From the NCBI GenBank assembly GCA_050291745.1, contig JBNKKI010000127.1, positions 1,115-65,114 of the forward strand: a DNA stretch of 64,000 nucleotides, read 5' to 3'. The position numbers and the translations under genes were made by a program. The stretch is from Gammaproteobacteria bacterium (lineage in GTDB: Bacteria; Pseudomonadota; Gammaproteobacteria; GCA-001735895). Below, one piece after another: positions 8,338-17,173 of this stretch. Position 1 is the first letter of the stretch; each line of letters opens with the position of its first letter. The notes beneath the pieces were generated by a model. That model ran no database searches. It was given only the letters and a program-made list of their open reading frames with translations, and was not told the DNA's origin.

Positions 8338-8400
8338 AGAAAAAGTTTAAATAAGTATCTCAATATATTGAAGACGAATATACTTTGAAAAGGATTCAAT

Positions 8401-8928
8401 TTATTTGCAGGCAGGATCAAAACAGCATACATTTCCCTGCTCATCAAATACAATTTTACAGGCGATACTGAGTTCTTCTTTTAAGCGTTTGCGAGCACGC
8501 TGGATTCTGGATTTGGCTGCACTTAAAGAGAGTTGTTTACGTTTTGCATAGTCCGCCTGATTAAGTCCATCCAGATCACATAATTCGATAATTTCCTGAT
8601 CATCAGCCGAGAGCTTTTTTAATGCTACCGGTAAACATTGGGAAAGCTTAACAACCGGCTCAAATGCAGAGTCTGTTGCAGCAAGCTCATCAGGCACTTC
8701 ATCATGTATTTTATGTGTACGATGAAAGTCAATTAAATGATTTCTGGTCACTCTAAAAAGCCAGGCTCTGGTATTATCCAGTCGACAGAAGCGATCATTC
8801 TCAATCAACGCTTTAACAAAAACATCCTGCAATAAATCTTCTACGAGGTGTTTATCATGAACCTTACCAAGCAGGAAGCTGCGTAATTCATCTTCATATA
8901 AATCCCAGGCTCGAGTCACACATTTCAT
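8401..8928 (-). CDS. ECF (sigma-70 family) RNA polymerase sigma factor, SigZ-like, with a C-terminal Cys cluster
   Basis: Region 2 (DLLQDVFVKA...AWLFRVTRNHLIDFHR) and region 4 (LSLSAAKSRIQRARKRLKE) are present. A short extension ends ...ACKIVFDEQGNVCCFDPACK. Confidence 0.8.
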   Translation of the reverse strand: MKCVTRAWDLYEDELRSFLLGKVHDKHLVEDLLQDVFVKALIENDRFCRLDNTRAWLFRVTRNHLIDFHRTHKIHDEVPDELAATDSAFEPVVKLSQCLPVALKKLSADDQEIIELCDLDGLNQADYAKRKQLSLSAAKSRIQRARKRLKEELSIACKIVFDEQGNVCCFDPACK

Positions 8929-8981
8929 GTTAATATCTCAACGAAAATGCTAATCATATCTTAGGGTAACTCTGACATAAT

Positions 8982-9911
8982 TTACTGTATAGATTCAAGA
9001 AACAGATAGCTACGATTTATATTTCGTCTATGCCAGCCATCATAAAACTTTAAATGTTTGAATGCAGGCGCATCTTCCAGGCCATCTACTGTCTCAGCCA
9101 TATCCTGCCAGTCATCTAGTGCCTGTTTGACATTAGTCACTAGAAAATCAACATAATCACCACTATCACGACGTGCCTGATCCAGATCACCTGCATGACC
9201 ATGTCCCGGAATAATAAATTGAGGATTTAAAGCTTCCATATCATGAAAAGCCTGTTGCAGCTTCAATAAGGGAGTATGGGGTTGTATGCCTAACATTCTT
9301 TCATGAAAAACCAGATCTCCCGTAAAAATGACCTTTTGCTGAGGTAACCAAAGCGTAGCATCTTCGGCAAAATGAGCACCTCCAGTCCAGCTCAAATGCA
9401 TAGCAATACCGCCGAGATTTAATATCGCCTTATCTTTATCGATTGGACTGGAAGCATAAACAGGATTGATTTCCTTTACATCCCGAAGCCCGGACTGGAT
9501 CAAACGTTGTAAATGGTCATCGACATTAGCCTGCTGGCCTCTCACAGTACGAGATAAAGCAATAATTTCAGCACCTTTCGCTGAAAAATAGCTATTACCC
9601 ATCCAGTGATGATCCTGAACACCAATATTTATTACCCATTTAACCGGCTTATCGGTAACCTGCTGAATATTATGTTGAATCAATTCAGCAGCTTTTGGAG
9701 TCGCACCGGAACCAACCAGCACAACACCCTGATCGGTTACAATAAACCCTAGCGTATTATTAAGTGCATGGTTTTGATCAGTACGTGGACCTATTTCACC
9801 TACCAGTGCATAAATATTTTCAGTAACCTTTTGTGTTTCAAGTTCAAAATCAGCGGCCTGCACATTAAAGGCTATATAAAGCAGGCTTATTAAAAATAAT
9901 CGGTTTATCAT
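8982..9911 (-). CDS. periplasmic MBL-fold metallo-hydrolase
   Basis: Signal peptide MINRLFLISLLYIAFNVQA. Metallo-beta-lactamase-like His/Asp motifs are present (VQDHHWMG, GGAHF, PGHGH). Confidence 0.55.
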   Translation of the reverse strand: MINRLFLISLLYIAFNVQAADFELETQKVTENIYALVGEIGPRTDQNHALNNTLGFIVTDQGVVLVGSGATPKAAELIQHNIQQVTDKPVKWVINIGVQDHHWMGNSYFSAKGAEIIALSRTVRGQQANVDDHLQRLIQSGLRDVKEINPVYASSPIDKDKAILNLGGIAMHLSWTGGAHFAEDATLWLPQQKVIFTGDLVFHERMLGIQPHTPLLKLQQAFHDMEALNPQFIIPGHGHAGDLDQARRDSGDYVDFLVTNVKQALDDWQDMAETVDGLEDAPAFKHLKFYDGWHRRNINRSYLFLESIQ

Positions 9912-10153
9912 TATCCTGGTATCCGTAATTCAACAAGGGGTTGCGGGAAATCTCAGTGATTCTGCTAAGGCGTCATTCGACGTTAATGACTATTCCCTTA
10001 ACAGGAACAATAACGCTATAGGGGTGCTGAGATTTTTCACAAATTCCTGTCGTGTTAGTAACCTCGCCCAATGGGAGAGGATTAAATTCATTAATAAATC
10101 TTGCAAATCAATACTTTAGATTAGTGATCAGCGCTCAACAGGAGATACCGGGA

Positions 10154-11068
10154 TCAAAGATCGTAATCTCCTGCATATGGCTTTTCACCTTCAACTGTAG
10201 GTAATGAAAGACGATTTCCCCAGTGAGACCATCCTCCGTTATACAATTTTACTTTTTTATAACCCAGACTTTTAAGCTGCATATAAGCCAGACTCATACG
10301 AAAACCATCATGACAATAAGCATAGATGGTCTGATCTTTTGGAATCTGACTGTACATAGCCTGTAAATCCTGTTCATTGATCCACTTTTGTGAATCAGTA
10401 CCATCCAGACTTACAATGTTAACTGCTCCCGGTATATGTCCCGCCATAATTGAGTGCTGAATTACCTTGCCTGTATACATATCATGTGGCCGTGCATCAA
10501 GTAAAAATATAGAGGGATCGCGACGTGCAACCACATCATCATAAACATCCGTCCATTCGATCAACTTTGATTTATCTGTATCTTTTAATGTTACATGACC
10601 TGACGCCACTGAAACAGGCTCTTTACTCATTTCTTCAAAAGCACTCCATTCAATCGTACCACCATTCAGGACTTTAACCTGATCCATATTAAAACCATAT
10701 AAATCTAAAAGAAAATAAACCCTGGATGCCAGTGCAGTGCTGGAATCATCATAGATGACTATCGTTGAATTATCGTTTATACCCCAGTTTCTCAAACGTT
10801 GTTGAAAAGCGTCTCTGGAAGGAATGCGCATTAAAGGACTGGATGTATTATCGCCCAGATCTTTAAAGCGTTGAACCTGTACCGCACCGGGAATATGACC
10901 GATGGTAAAATATCTATGCGGATGATAGCGCACCTCAAGCACTCTCAAATTATCATCCTCGATATGCTCAGATAACCAGTCTGCATCTATCAGAAATCCC
11001 CGGTCAGCAAATACCTGAGAGGTGAAAAAGACAGGAAATAAAAAAATCAGTAATGCTATTTGTTTCAT
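10154..11068 (-). CDS. periplasmic tandem-rhodanese sulfurtransferase
   Basis: Signal peptide, then two rhodanese domains (repeated GHIPGAV). The active-site loop YCHDGFRMS is in the second domain. Confidence 0.8.
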   Translation of the reverse strand: MKQIALLIFLFPVFFTSQVFADRGFLIDADWLSEHIEDDNLRVLEVRYHPHRYFTIGHIPGAVQVQRFKDLGDNTSSPLMRIPSRDAFQQRLRNWGINDNSTIVIYDDSSTALASRVYFLLDLYGFNMDQVKVLNGGTIEWSAFEEMSKEPVSVASGHVTLKDTDKSKLIEWTDVYDDVVARRDPSIFLLDARPHDMYTGKVIQHSIMAGHIPGAVNIVSLDGTDSQKWINEQDLQAMYSQIPKDQTIYAYCHDGFRMSLAYMQLKSLGYKKVKLYNGGWSHWGNRLSLPTVEGEKPYAGDYDL

Positions 11069-11159
11069 AAATACTCCTCAAAATGCTTATTTGTAATGCT
11101 CATTCTGAGGTAAACGAATGAACTGCTAAAAAGATGCAATCAAATCATCAAAACTAATT

Positions 11160-13976
11160 TTAACTATTTAAAACTCTCTGAAATCGATCATCCAGAGTTT
11201 TCTGAATATCTGCTTGAGCACCCGGTTTACATAACCAGTCCAGTTCCAGATTCTCCAGTTGTTCTTTAAGATCCACAATCTGTTGTCCCAGCCCGGTCGA
11301 ATTCATTTGATCTAACTGATATTGCATGCGTAATGCTTTATCTTCTACCGGGCTATCAACACCCTTAATGATTTCTAACTGGATACATAACATTCTACGT
11401 TCTGCCGCAATCACATCCCGGTCAATTTCACTCAATGCCGACTTCCAACGTTTCTCTATTCGACGAGATAAAGTGGCATCCTTTAACTCAATAGCATCCC
11501 ACTGTTGTGATAAGGCTTCTAACATCTGCTCAGTATGACTATCTCCCAGGGCTTCCATTTGCTGACAAAGTTCAGCCTTTCGTTTTAGTGCCTGCTTTTG
11601 TTGTAAGTGTTTATTATTAATAATTCGACTATGGCTAGCCGCAAATAGATCACAGGCTCTATCATAATCACGTCTAAGCCCATCAATCAGTTTTTCCGGT
11701 AATGAAGCTGGTAATTCGGGTAAGGCAGCATATTTTTCCTGTAAAACAGAAAATTGCTGATCTGATTGAGCTAAATCAGTGGCATTTTTAGCCAGCTTTT
11801 GAATTTCTTTTATAATATCCCGGTAAGCATTCAATTGCTGATCCGTTTCCTGTCTTTTACCCTGACGAATTTGCTGAACATTATTAAAAACAATATCGCC
11901 CTGTTTTTTAAATTCTTTCCAGGCTTTCTGATCCTGATTGCGACGGGTAATACCTATCTGTTTCCATCGATTCTGTAAATTTTTTAATTTAGCCAGGTTA
12001 TCTTCAGTTGCTTCGTTTTCTGCAAGAACTTCAAGCTGTTTTATTAACCGGTGTTTTAGCTCAATATTGGCATCATAAACCACATCAAGTTTTGCAAAAA
12101 CTGCATCTTTATATTTCGAAAACTGTTTCCACTGCTTCTGGCCTGCTCTGTGTTCTACATCTTTGATTGCAACAAAATGATCTGTAATACTTCGAATGGC
12201 AGATTGTACTGCTTTATAGTCCGGATCATTTTGCCAGTCAGTATCTTCCAGTAGCAGACGCATTTTTTCGACATATTGTTGTCGTTGGTCCAGATTTTTC
12301 TTACGTGTGTTACGCCTTTCTTCAAAAAATTCAGCACAGGGTTTATATACTTCATCTGCTGCCAATTTAAATCGTGGCCAATACTGTTCAGAAATCTCAG
12401 AGTTACCCAGGGATTTCCATTGTTGCTGCAAATCTTTCATTTCCTTTGAAATTTTATCAGGATGTTTTCTGGATGCCTTGAGCTTTTCCATGGATTCACA
12501 TAATTTAAGATACTTGGGTTCGGTAGCAAAATTCTTCCAGTCCCCCATTTCTCCTAAAGTTTTACGAGCCTCTTCATATCGTTCCTGCAGAGTCAATCGA
12601 TCTTTACCACTAAACTGCTGAAGCGCTTTATCCACTCGCTCACAATATTGTTTAGCTCGAGCAAGATTACCAATACGTGAAAAGTGGAAAATCGAATTAA
12701 TTTTTTTATGTAAACTATCCAGTCTTGTTTGCCTTTCTTCGGCGGTTTGCTGCTGGAATTTATGCCACTCAGACAATTCTGCCTGCAGTTCTTTCAAAAG
12801 ATTTAATTCACCCAGTTCTACTGGCCACTGGAAATCTTTTAATGCTTCTTTTAATTGTTTACTGCGCTCAGATAATTGTTTTGCCAGCTGTAGTTTTTCA
12901 GCTAAAGTCTGATCACTATCCATAGGTAAGATGTCATGCGGAATAATTTCCTGAGTCTTCAGACTTAACTGAATGGATGATATCAGAGCTTTATAGATTT
13001 TCTGGTAAAGATTACTGGATTCAGTTTCTGGCAAGTTAGCCTCAGCTAATTGTTGCCATCTAGAGGCAAATTGTTCCAGTTCTATTTGCATCTCAGAAAC
13101 AGATTCCACTATTTCCTGAAAACTATGTTGAGCAAAATCATGCACAAATGCCTCCAGTTCCTGAATCAATTGCAACTGAGACAGTTGCGTTAACTCAATC
13201 AGAATCTGTTGCTCATATCTGTCATCCATCAACTTGCGAGACTTTTGATATTGTTGTTGAAATTCACTGGCAATATCAAAATCCAGCATATCCCATTGTT
13301 TACGATGCACCTCAACTTTTGCTTTAAATTCAGGTAGCCAGTCATGATGAGCCAGATATTCAACTTCCTCGATTAGTTTTTTTACAGTCGCCTCATTTTC
13401 GGCAATCTGGCGCTGTTGCTGTCTATAATTATCAATCTTTGTTTTTAATATTCGCTCGGCATTTTTATCTTTTCCACGTAAAAGTTTTCTGGCTATCTCA
13501 AGTGATTCTATATCACTCAATTTTTCTGCAATCTGTTGACGACTATCGGAATAAACTGTTTTACTCAATACATCGAGTAATTCTTCTTCAGAGAGTTTTT
13601 CTATCGCTTCATTTCTAATCGAAGAGTCATCGATATAGGTCACAAATAGCAGCGCTAACTGTGGATTGTTGGTGAGTAGATCACGACATTGCCCAACTTC
13701 GATAAAACCGGCTGTCGACATTAATTCATTTAACCTTTTCTCCGCCTGCCGGGCTTCTGCGACTGCGGCCTGGTTTATTGAGATAGTGTGTAAAGTAACA
13801 ATGGAAGTTAATTTCCGGATTGCCAGTAAGCGAACCGATTGATCTTCATCCGCAGTAGCCAGCTGGCTTAATATGTCCTGATTTTCTGAACTTTCAACCT
13901 CCATAAGCGTAATAGCTTTCTGCCGCTTTTCGGCCGAATTACTTTTCCAGGATGGTTTAAAAAGGTTAACTATCAT
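11160..13976 (-). CDS. DUF349 repeat protein (938 aa)
   Basis: Highly charged helical protein with recurring W-x-x-F-K/R motifs (QKAWKEFKKQGD, KQWKQFSKYKD, QYWPRFKLAADE). Confidence 0.7.
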   Translation of the reverse strand: MIVNLFKPSWKSNSAEKRQKAITLMEVESSENQDILSQLATADEDQSVRLLAIRKLTSIVTLHTISINQAAVAEARQAEKRLNELMSTAGFIEVGQCRDLLTNNPQLALLFVTYIDDSSIRNEAIEKLSEEELLDVLSKTVYSDSRQQIAEKLSDIESLEIARKLLRGKDKNAERILKTKIDNYRQQQRQIAENEATVKKLIEEVEYLAHHDWLPEFKAKVEVHRKQWDMLDFDIASEFQQQYQKSRKLMDDRYEQQILIELTQLSQLQLIQELEAFVHDFAQHSFQEIVESVSEMQIELEQFASRWQQLAEANLPETESSNLYQKIYKALISSIQLSLKTQEIIPHDILPMDSDQTLAEKLQLAKQLSERSKQLKEALKDFQWPVELGELNLLKELQAELSEWHKFQQQTAEERQTRLDSLHKKINSIFHFSRIGNLARAKQYCERVDKALQQFSGKDRLTLQERYEEARKTLGEMGDWKNFATEPKYLKLCESMEKLKASRKHPDKISKEMKDLQQQWKSLGNSEISEQYWPRFKLAADEVYKPCAEFFEERRNTRKKNLDQRQQYVEKMRLLLEDTDWQNDPDYKAVQSAIRSITDHFVAIKDVEHRAGQKQWKQFSKYKDAVFAKLDVVYDANIELKHRLIKQLEVLAENEATEDNLAKLKNLQNRWKQIGITRRNQDQKAWKEFKKQGDIVFNNVQQIRQGKRQETDQQLNAYRDIIKEIQKLAKNATDLAQSDQQFSVLQEKYAALPELPASLPEKLIDGLRRDYDRACDLFAASHSRIINNKHLQQKQALKRKAELCQQMEALGDSHTEQMLEALSQQWDAIELKDATLSRRIEKRWKSALSEIDRDVIAAERRMLCIQLEIIKGVDSPVEDKALRMQYQLDQMNSTGLGQQIVDLKEQLENLELDWLCKPGAQADIQKTLDDRFQRVLNS

Positions 13977-14357
13977 AATTTCTTACTGCTCAATAATAAT
14001 GGAATGGTTCTGTCTAAAAACGCCCCGAAAACTCCTTATATTCAGGAAAAAATGCTTACTTACAGATATCTGCAAATAATGTAATACATGTACACTTTGT
14101 AAAGTAACCACTTCTAAACTCAGAAGAGGCGTATTTCATTCAGGGATTAACTGAGTAGATATAAATCTTAAATTTCACAACGGAACATTCCGCAGAAGGC
14201 TCTATTCTAGTGCTATATTAAAAATATTACGATCTGTATTGATAAATACAATCATTTTAAAATTATACAGCATTTTTTTAATAACAATTAAGTTGACTAT
14301 TCACGGGTCAATAGCGGTTTTTCCTCTCTTGAAATGCCCTGTTTCTCTGAAGGTCAT

Positions 14358-14392
14358 CCTCTATTGCGAGCGGTCAACTGCGCAATCCAGGA
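14358..14392 (+). mobile_element. Family-1 element, solo right-end fragment
   Basis: CCTCTATTGCGAGCGGTCAACTGCGCAATCCAGGA matches the last ~35 nt of family-1 copies. No left half is present. Confidence 0.5.
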
Positions 14393-14487
14393 TTATACGA
14401 TATTTCCAAAACTCTTCTCTTGCAATACTCGGAATTATATATTTAACTAAAGCATTCCCGCATTGATCAGGTGAAGGAGAAATCCTT

Positions 14488-14937
14488 ATGTCCGACTTAA
14501 ACAACATAAACACCACAGAAACTCCCTGGCATTTATGGTTTGTTGGTATTCTTGCTCTTGTTTGGAATGCAATGGGAGCAATGGATTACCTTTTAACCCA
14601 GACAAAAAATGAAGATTACTTAAGTAATTTCAGCCCTGAGCAACTTTTATTTTTCTCTGAATTTCCATTCTGGGTAGTATTTGCCTGGGCGACTGCAGTA
14701 TGGGGTGGCGTAGTTGGTTCTATTTTGCTGCTATTCAGAAGCAGGATTGCGACTAGCATATTTCTGCTATCATTGATAGCCATGTTAATAACAACTTTTC
14801 ACAACTACGTATTATCAAATGGTTTGCAAATTGCAGGTGACACTTTTTCATTGATTCTTACTGCAACCATTTTTATAGTTGCAGTCTTTCTGTTTTTATA
14901 TTCCCTATTAATGAAAAACAGAGGATTACTCAATTAA
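14488..14937 (+). CDS. hypothetical integral membrane protein (4 predicted TM helices)
   Basis: GAAGGAG SD upstream of the ATG. Four hydrophobic segments. Confidence 0.5.
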   Translation: MSDLNNINTTETPWHLWFVGILALVWNAMGAMDYLLTQTKNEDYLSNFSPEQLLFFSEFPFWVVFAWATAVWGGVVGSILLLFRSRIATSIFLLSLIAMLITTFHNYVLSNGLQIAGDTFSLILTATIFIVAVFLFLYSLLMKNRGLLN

Positions 14938-15035
14938 GTAATTTTTAAATCATTCATAATAAGTAAACATAACAACTTCCAGTACAAAATAATAATTGTG
15001 CCAGAGTTAGCATAATTGCAGTAGTGTAAACCGGT

Positions 15036-15653
15036 TTATTTAGGCAGGCGTACTGCCATTTCTACAGGGTCGGCATCATCACGGGTTTCAATATTGAACT
15101 TTGCTGGATATGGATCCAGTATTTTCGCAAAAACTTTCTGGTCATCACTATCTAAAGTATCAAGGTTAAGTACTTCGCGATGAATTTCTCCTTCAACCAG
15201 AAATTCAGCATCACGGAATATAGATATCCTTTTAATAGCTTTTAATACTTTCAGACCAACACGATTAATGGTTGTTTGAATATTACCACAAACTTTCTCA
15301 CGTATTTCACTGATAGGCATAGGCCTTCCATATTTTATACATTGATCTCTAGTAAAAATCAGAGTCTGAGGTGTTATTGAAACACTGTCAGCTAAAATAG
15401 ATTTAGTGAAAAACATTTCCTCATCATTATCCGAAACAGCTTTATCTGAATCACCCGGAGTAACTGATTGCTTATTAGCTGGCTCTGGTACAGAAGCTGG
15501 CGGTGCCTGACACATACGGCTTATTTGCTCAGGAGTAAACCCCTTTTCCAGATAAAACCCCACAGCTTCACGACTACAGTCTGTTTCGGCCCACAATTGA
15601 GAGGAACAAAACAATAAAATACAGGCTATGAGAATAGAAAGAAAATTATTCAT
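15036..15653 (-). CDS. hypothetical secreted protein
   Basis: Signal peptide MNNFLSILIACILLFCSSQLWA. No recognisable domain. Confidence 0.45.
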   Translation of the reverse strand: MNNFLSILIACILLFCSSQLWAETDCSREAVGFYLEKGFTPEQISRMCQAPPASVPEPANKQSVTPGDSDKAVSDNDEEMFFTKSILADSVSITPQTLIFTRDQCIKYGRPMPISEIREKVCGNIQTTINRVGLKVLKAIKRISIFRDAEFLVEGEIHREVLNLDTLDSDDQKVFAKILDPYPAKFNIETRDDADPVEMAVRLPK

Positions 15654-16037
15654 AATCGTCAGAAGTAATATAAATTGAGAAACAGCAAGTTTATCTTTTT
15701 TTTCAATACTAAGCGAGGTTACACATCTGTATTTATTATGTAGCCTAAAAAAATCATCATGTCCGCATAAAACTGGATACTGTATCTACAGAAATCAAAT
15801 ACATATCATTTCACAACGTAAACTAACCTCAGATATCCATTGTTGTGTTATTTCTGTTTAGCTTATGCTTAAAGACTCCTGCTAAGTTTAACGTGACAAC
15901 ATAGAGGTGAGATGAGATTTTACGCCCTACTTCACGTCTCCATCAGAATTGACTTAATTCCATTAGTTTACTGACTTATGTTAGAATTCAATCGGCAATT
16001 GCTCTAACGACAGTCATCTCTGGCTTAGAGCAGGTAC

Positions 16038-16085
16038 ATCAATCTGTTACACATCTTTTTCATGTTCAATTGATTTTTCCAGGTT
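16038..16085 (-). mobile_element. Family-2 element relic (one terminus plus ~45 nt)
   Basis: The reverse complement, AACCTGGAAAAATCAATTGAACATGAAAAAGATGTGTAACAGATTGAT, matches the left part of the copy at 5492-5598. Confidence 0.5.
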
Positions 16086-16280
16086 AAAAGAGCTTCTAAC
16101 TTAAAAGAACTTGTTATAAAATTCGTTGGCTAATTTTAAGCCTTATTCTGCCGCGTTAATGGATTCTGAAATGTGTCACTACTTTTGCATAGAGCTGCAA
16201 AAAAACATAGCAGTTATTTCCTCAGTCATAGCTGGCATCAGGTTTTAGAAACAAACATTAACTCAAGGAAAAAGGAAATT

Positions 16281-16709
16281 ATGAAGACTAATTATACTCA
16301 ATTACAGGCATTCACCTTATTTTTTAAATCGATATTACTCGGTGGTTTTATTATCATAAGCGGCTGCAATAATGGAGACGAGGATGAAAATCTAGCAGAG
16401 AGAAATATTGTGACAATTCCAGAAGGACAGGAACTGGTTTATGGAAGCGCAGGGAAAATACAATGCGACCTTGAATCAGGGTTAACCACCTCGGAATCAG
16501 CCCAGAAACTAATAGATAATGGTATTGATGTTACTTCATCTTATTGTGGATATATTTCAGATATGGCGGTTGTCACAGTTTGCGGAGCTGGAACTTTAGA
16601 TATTATTTTACACTTAATTCCAATTCAAAATTCTCAGGATGCCCAGGACCTTGGTTTCAGTCTGGCTTCTGAAATGATAGATGGATATGAGCTTAATGAT
16701 TGTGAATAA
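16281..16709 (+). CDS. hypothetical lipoprotein
   Basis: Start moved to the internal ATG at 16281, which has an AAGGAAA SD. Signal peptide with lipobox-like IISGC. Confidence 0.5.
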   Translation: MKTNYTQLQAFTLFFKSILLGGFIIISGCNNGDEDENLAERNIVTIPEGQELVYGSAGKIQCDLESGLTTSESAQKLIDNGIDVTSSYCGYISDMAVVTVCGAGTLDIILHLIPIQNSQDAQDLGFSLASEMIDGYELNDCE

Positions 16710-16772
16710 GTGGAATACCGGCAAATAATGCAACGGTTATTTTCAGCCTGAAATCCACAATTAAAAGAATTT

Positions 16773-17011
16773 AACCTGGATTTCGCAGTTGACCGCTCGC
16801 AATAGAGGTTAACCCACTGTTTCATAAACCATGACAGTAGATGTGTATAATCACCCAATCGATGAATCCCGCTACCAACTGAATTGCAGGTTTGAGGCAG
16901 CGCATCTCTTCGTTGTAACGCCTTACAATAGCTGGCTATTCCGCGTCGTTACGCCTTGATCTACACCACCTCATACGCACAATCAACTCGTCCAACTGCG
17001 GATTCCAGGAT
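16773..17011 (-). mobile_element. Family-1 miniature TIR element
   Basis: Full-length copy in reverse orientation, lying between convergent genes (lipoprotein and fimV). Confidence 0.8.
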
Positions 17012-17173
17012 GAACTATTTAATGAACAAGGTAGAAAATCATTTCTCGCCTAATGGAATGATGCCGCAAAATGGATAAAAACATGCCTGAAAAATAAAAA
17101 TCGGCATGAAATAAACCTATACTAAATCATTTACAGAACTGCGTGGCTCAATAGTTAATCGCACCAGTCTTGA

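Noticed and set aside
10021-10032. GGGGTGCTGAGA, which resembles the start of a TPP (THI-box) riboswitch.
   Set aside because: The rest of the THI-box consensus (ACCC...GAACCTGATC...GGATAATGCC...AGGGA) is absent. The motif is on the plus strand, while both flanking genes are on the minus strand.
14239-14466. 75-aa ORF, and similarly the 74-aa ORF at 16634-16858 (-). Both contain the peptide LYCERSTA.
   Set aside because: The shared peptide is simply the translation of the family-1 repeat end (CTCTATTGCGAGCGGTCAACTGCG). These are repeat-derived ORFs, not genes.
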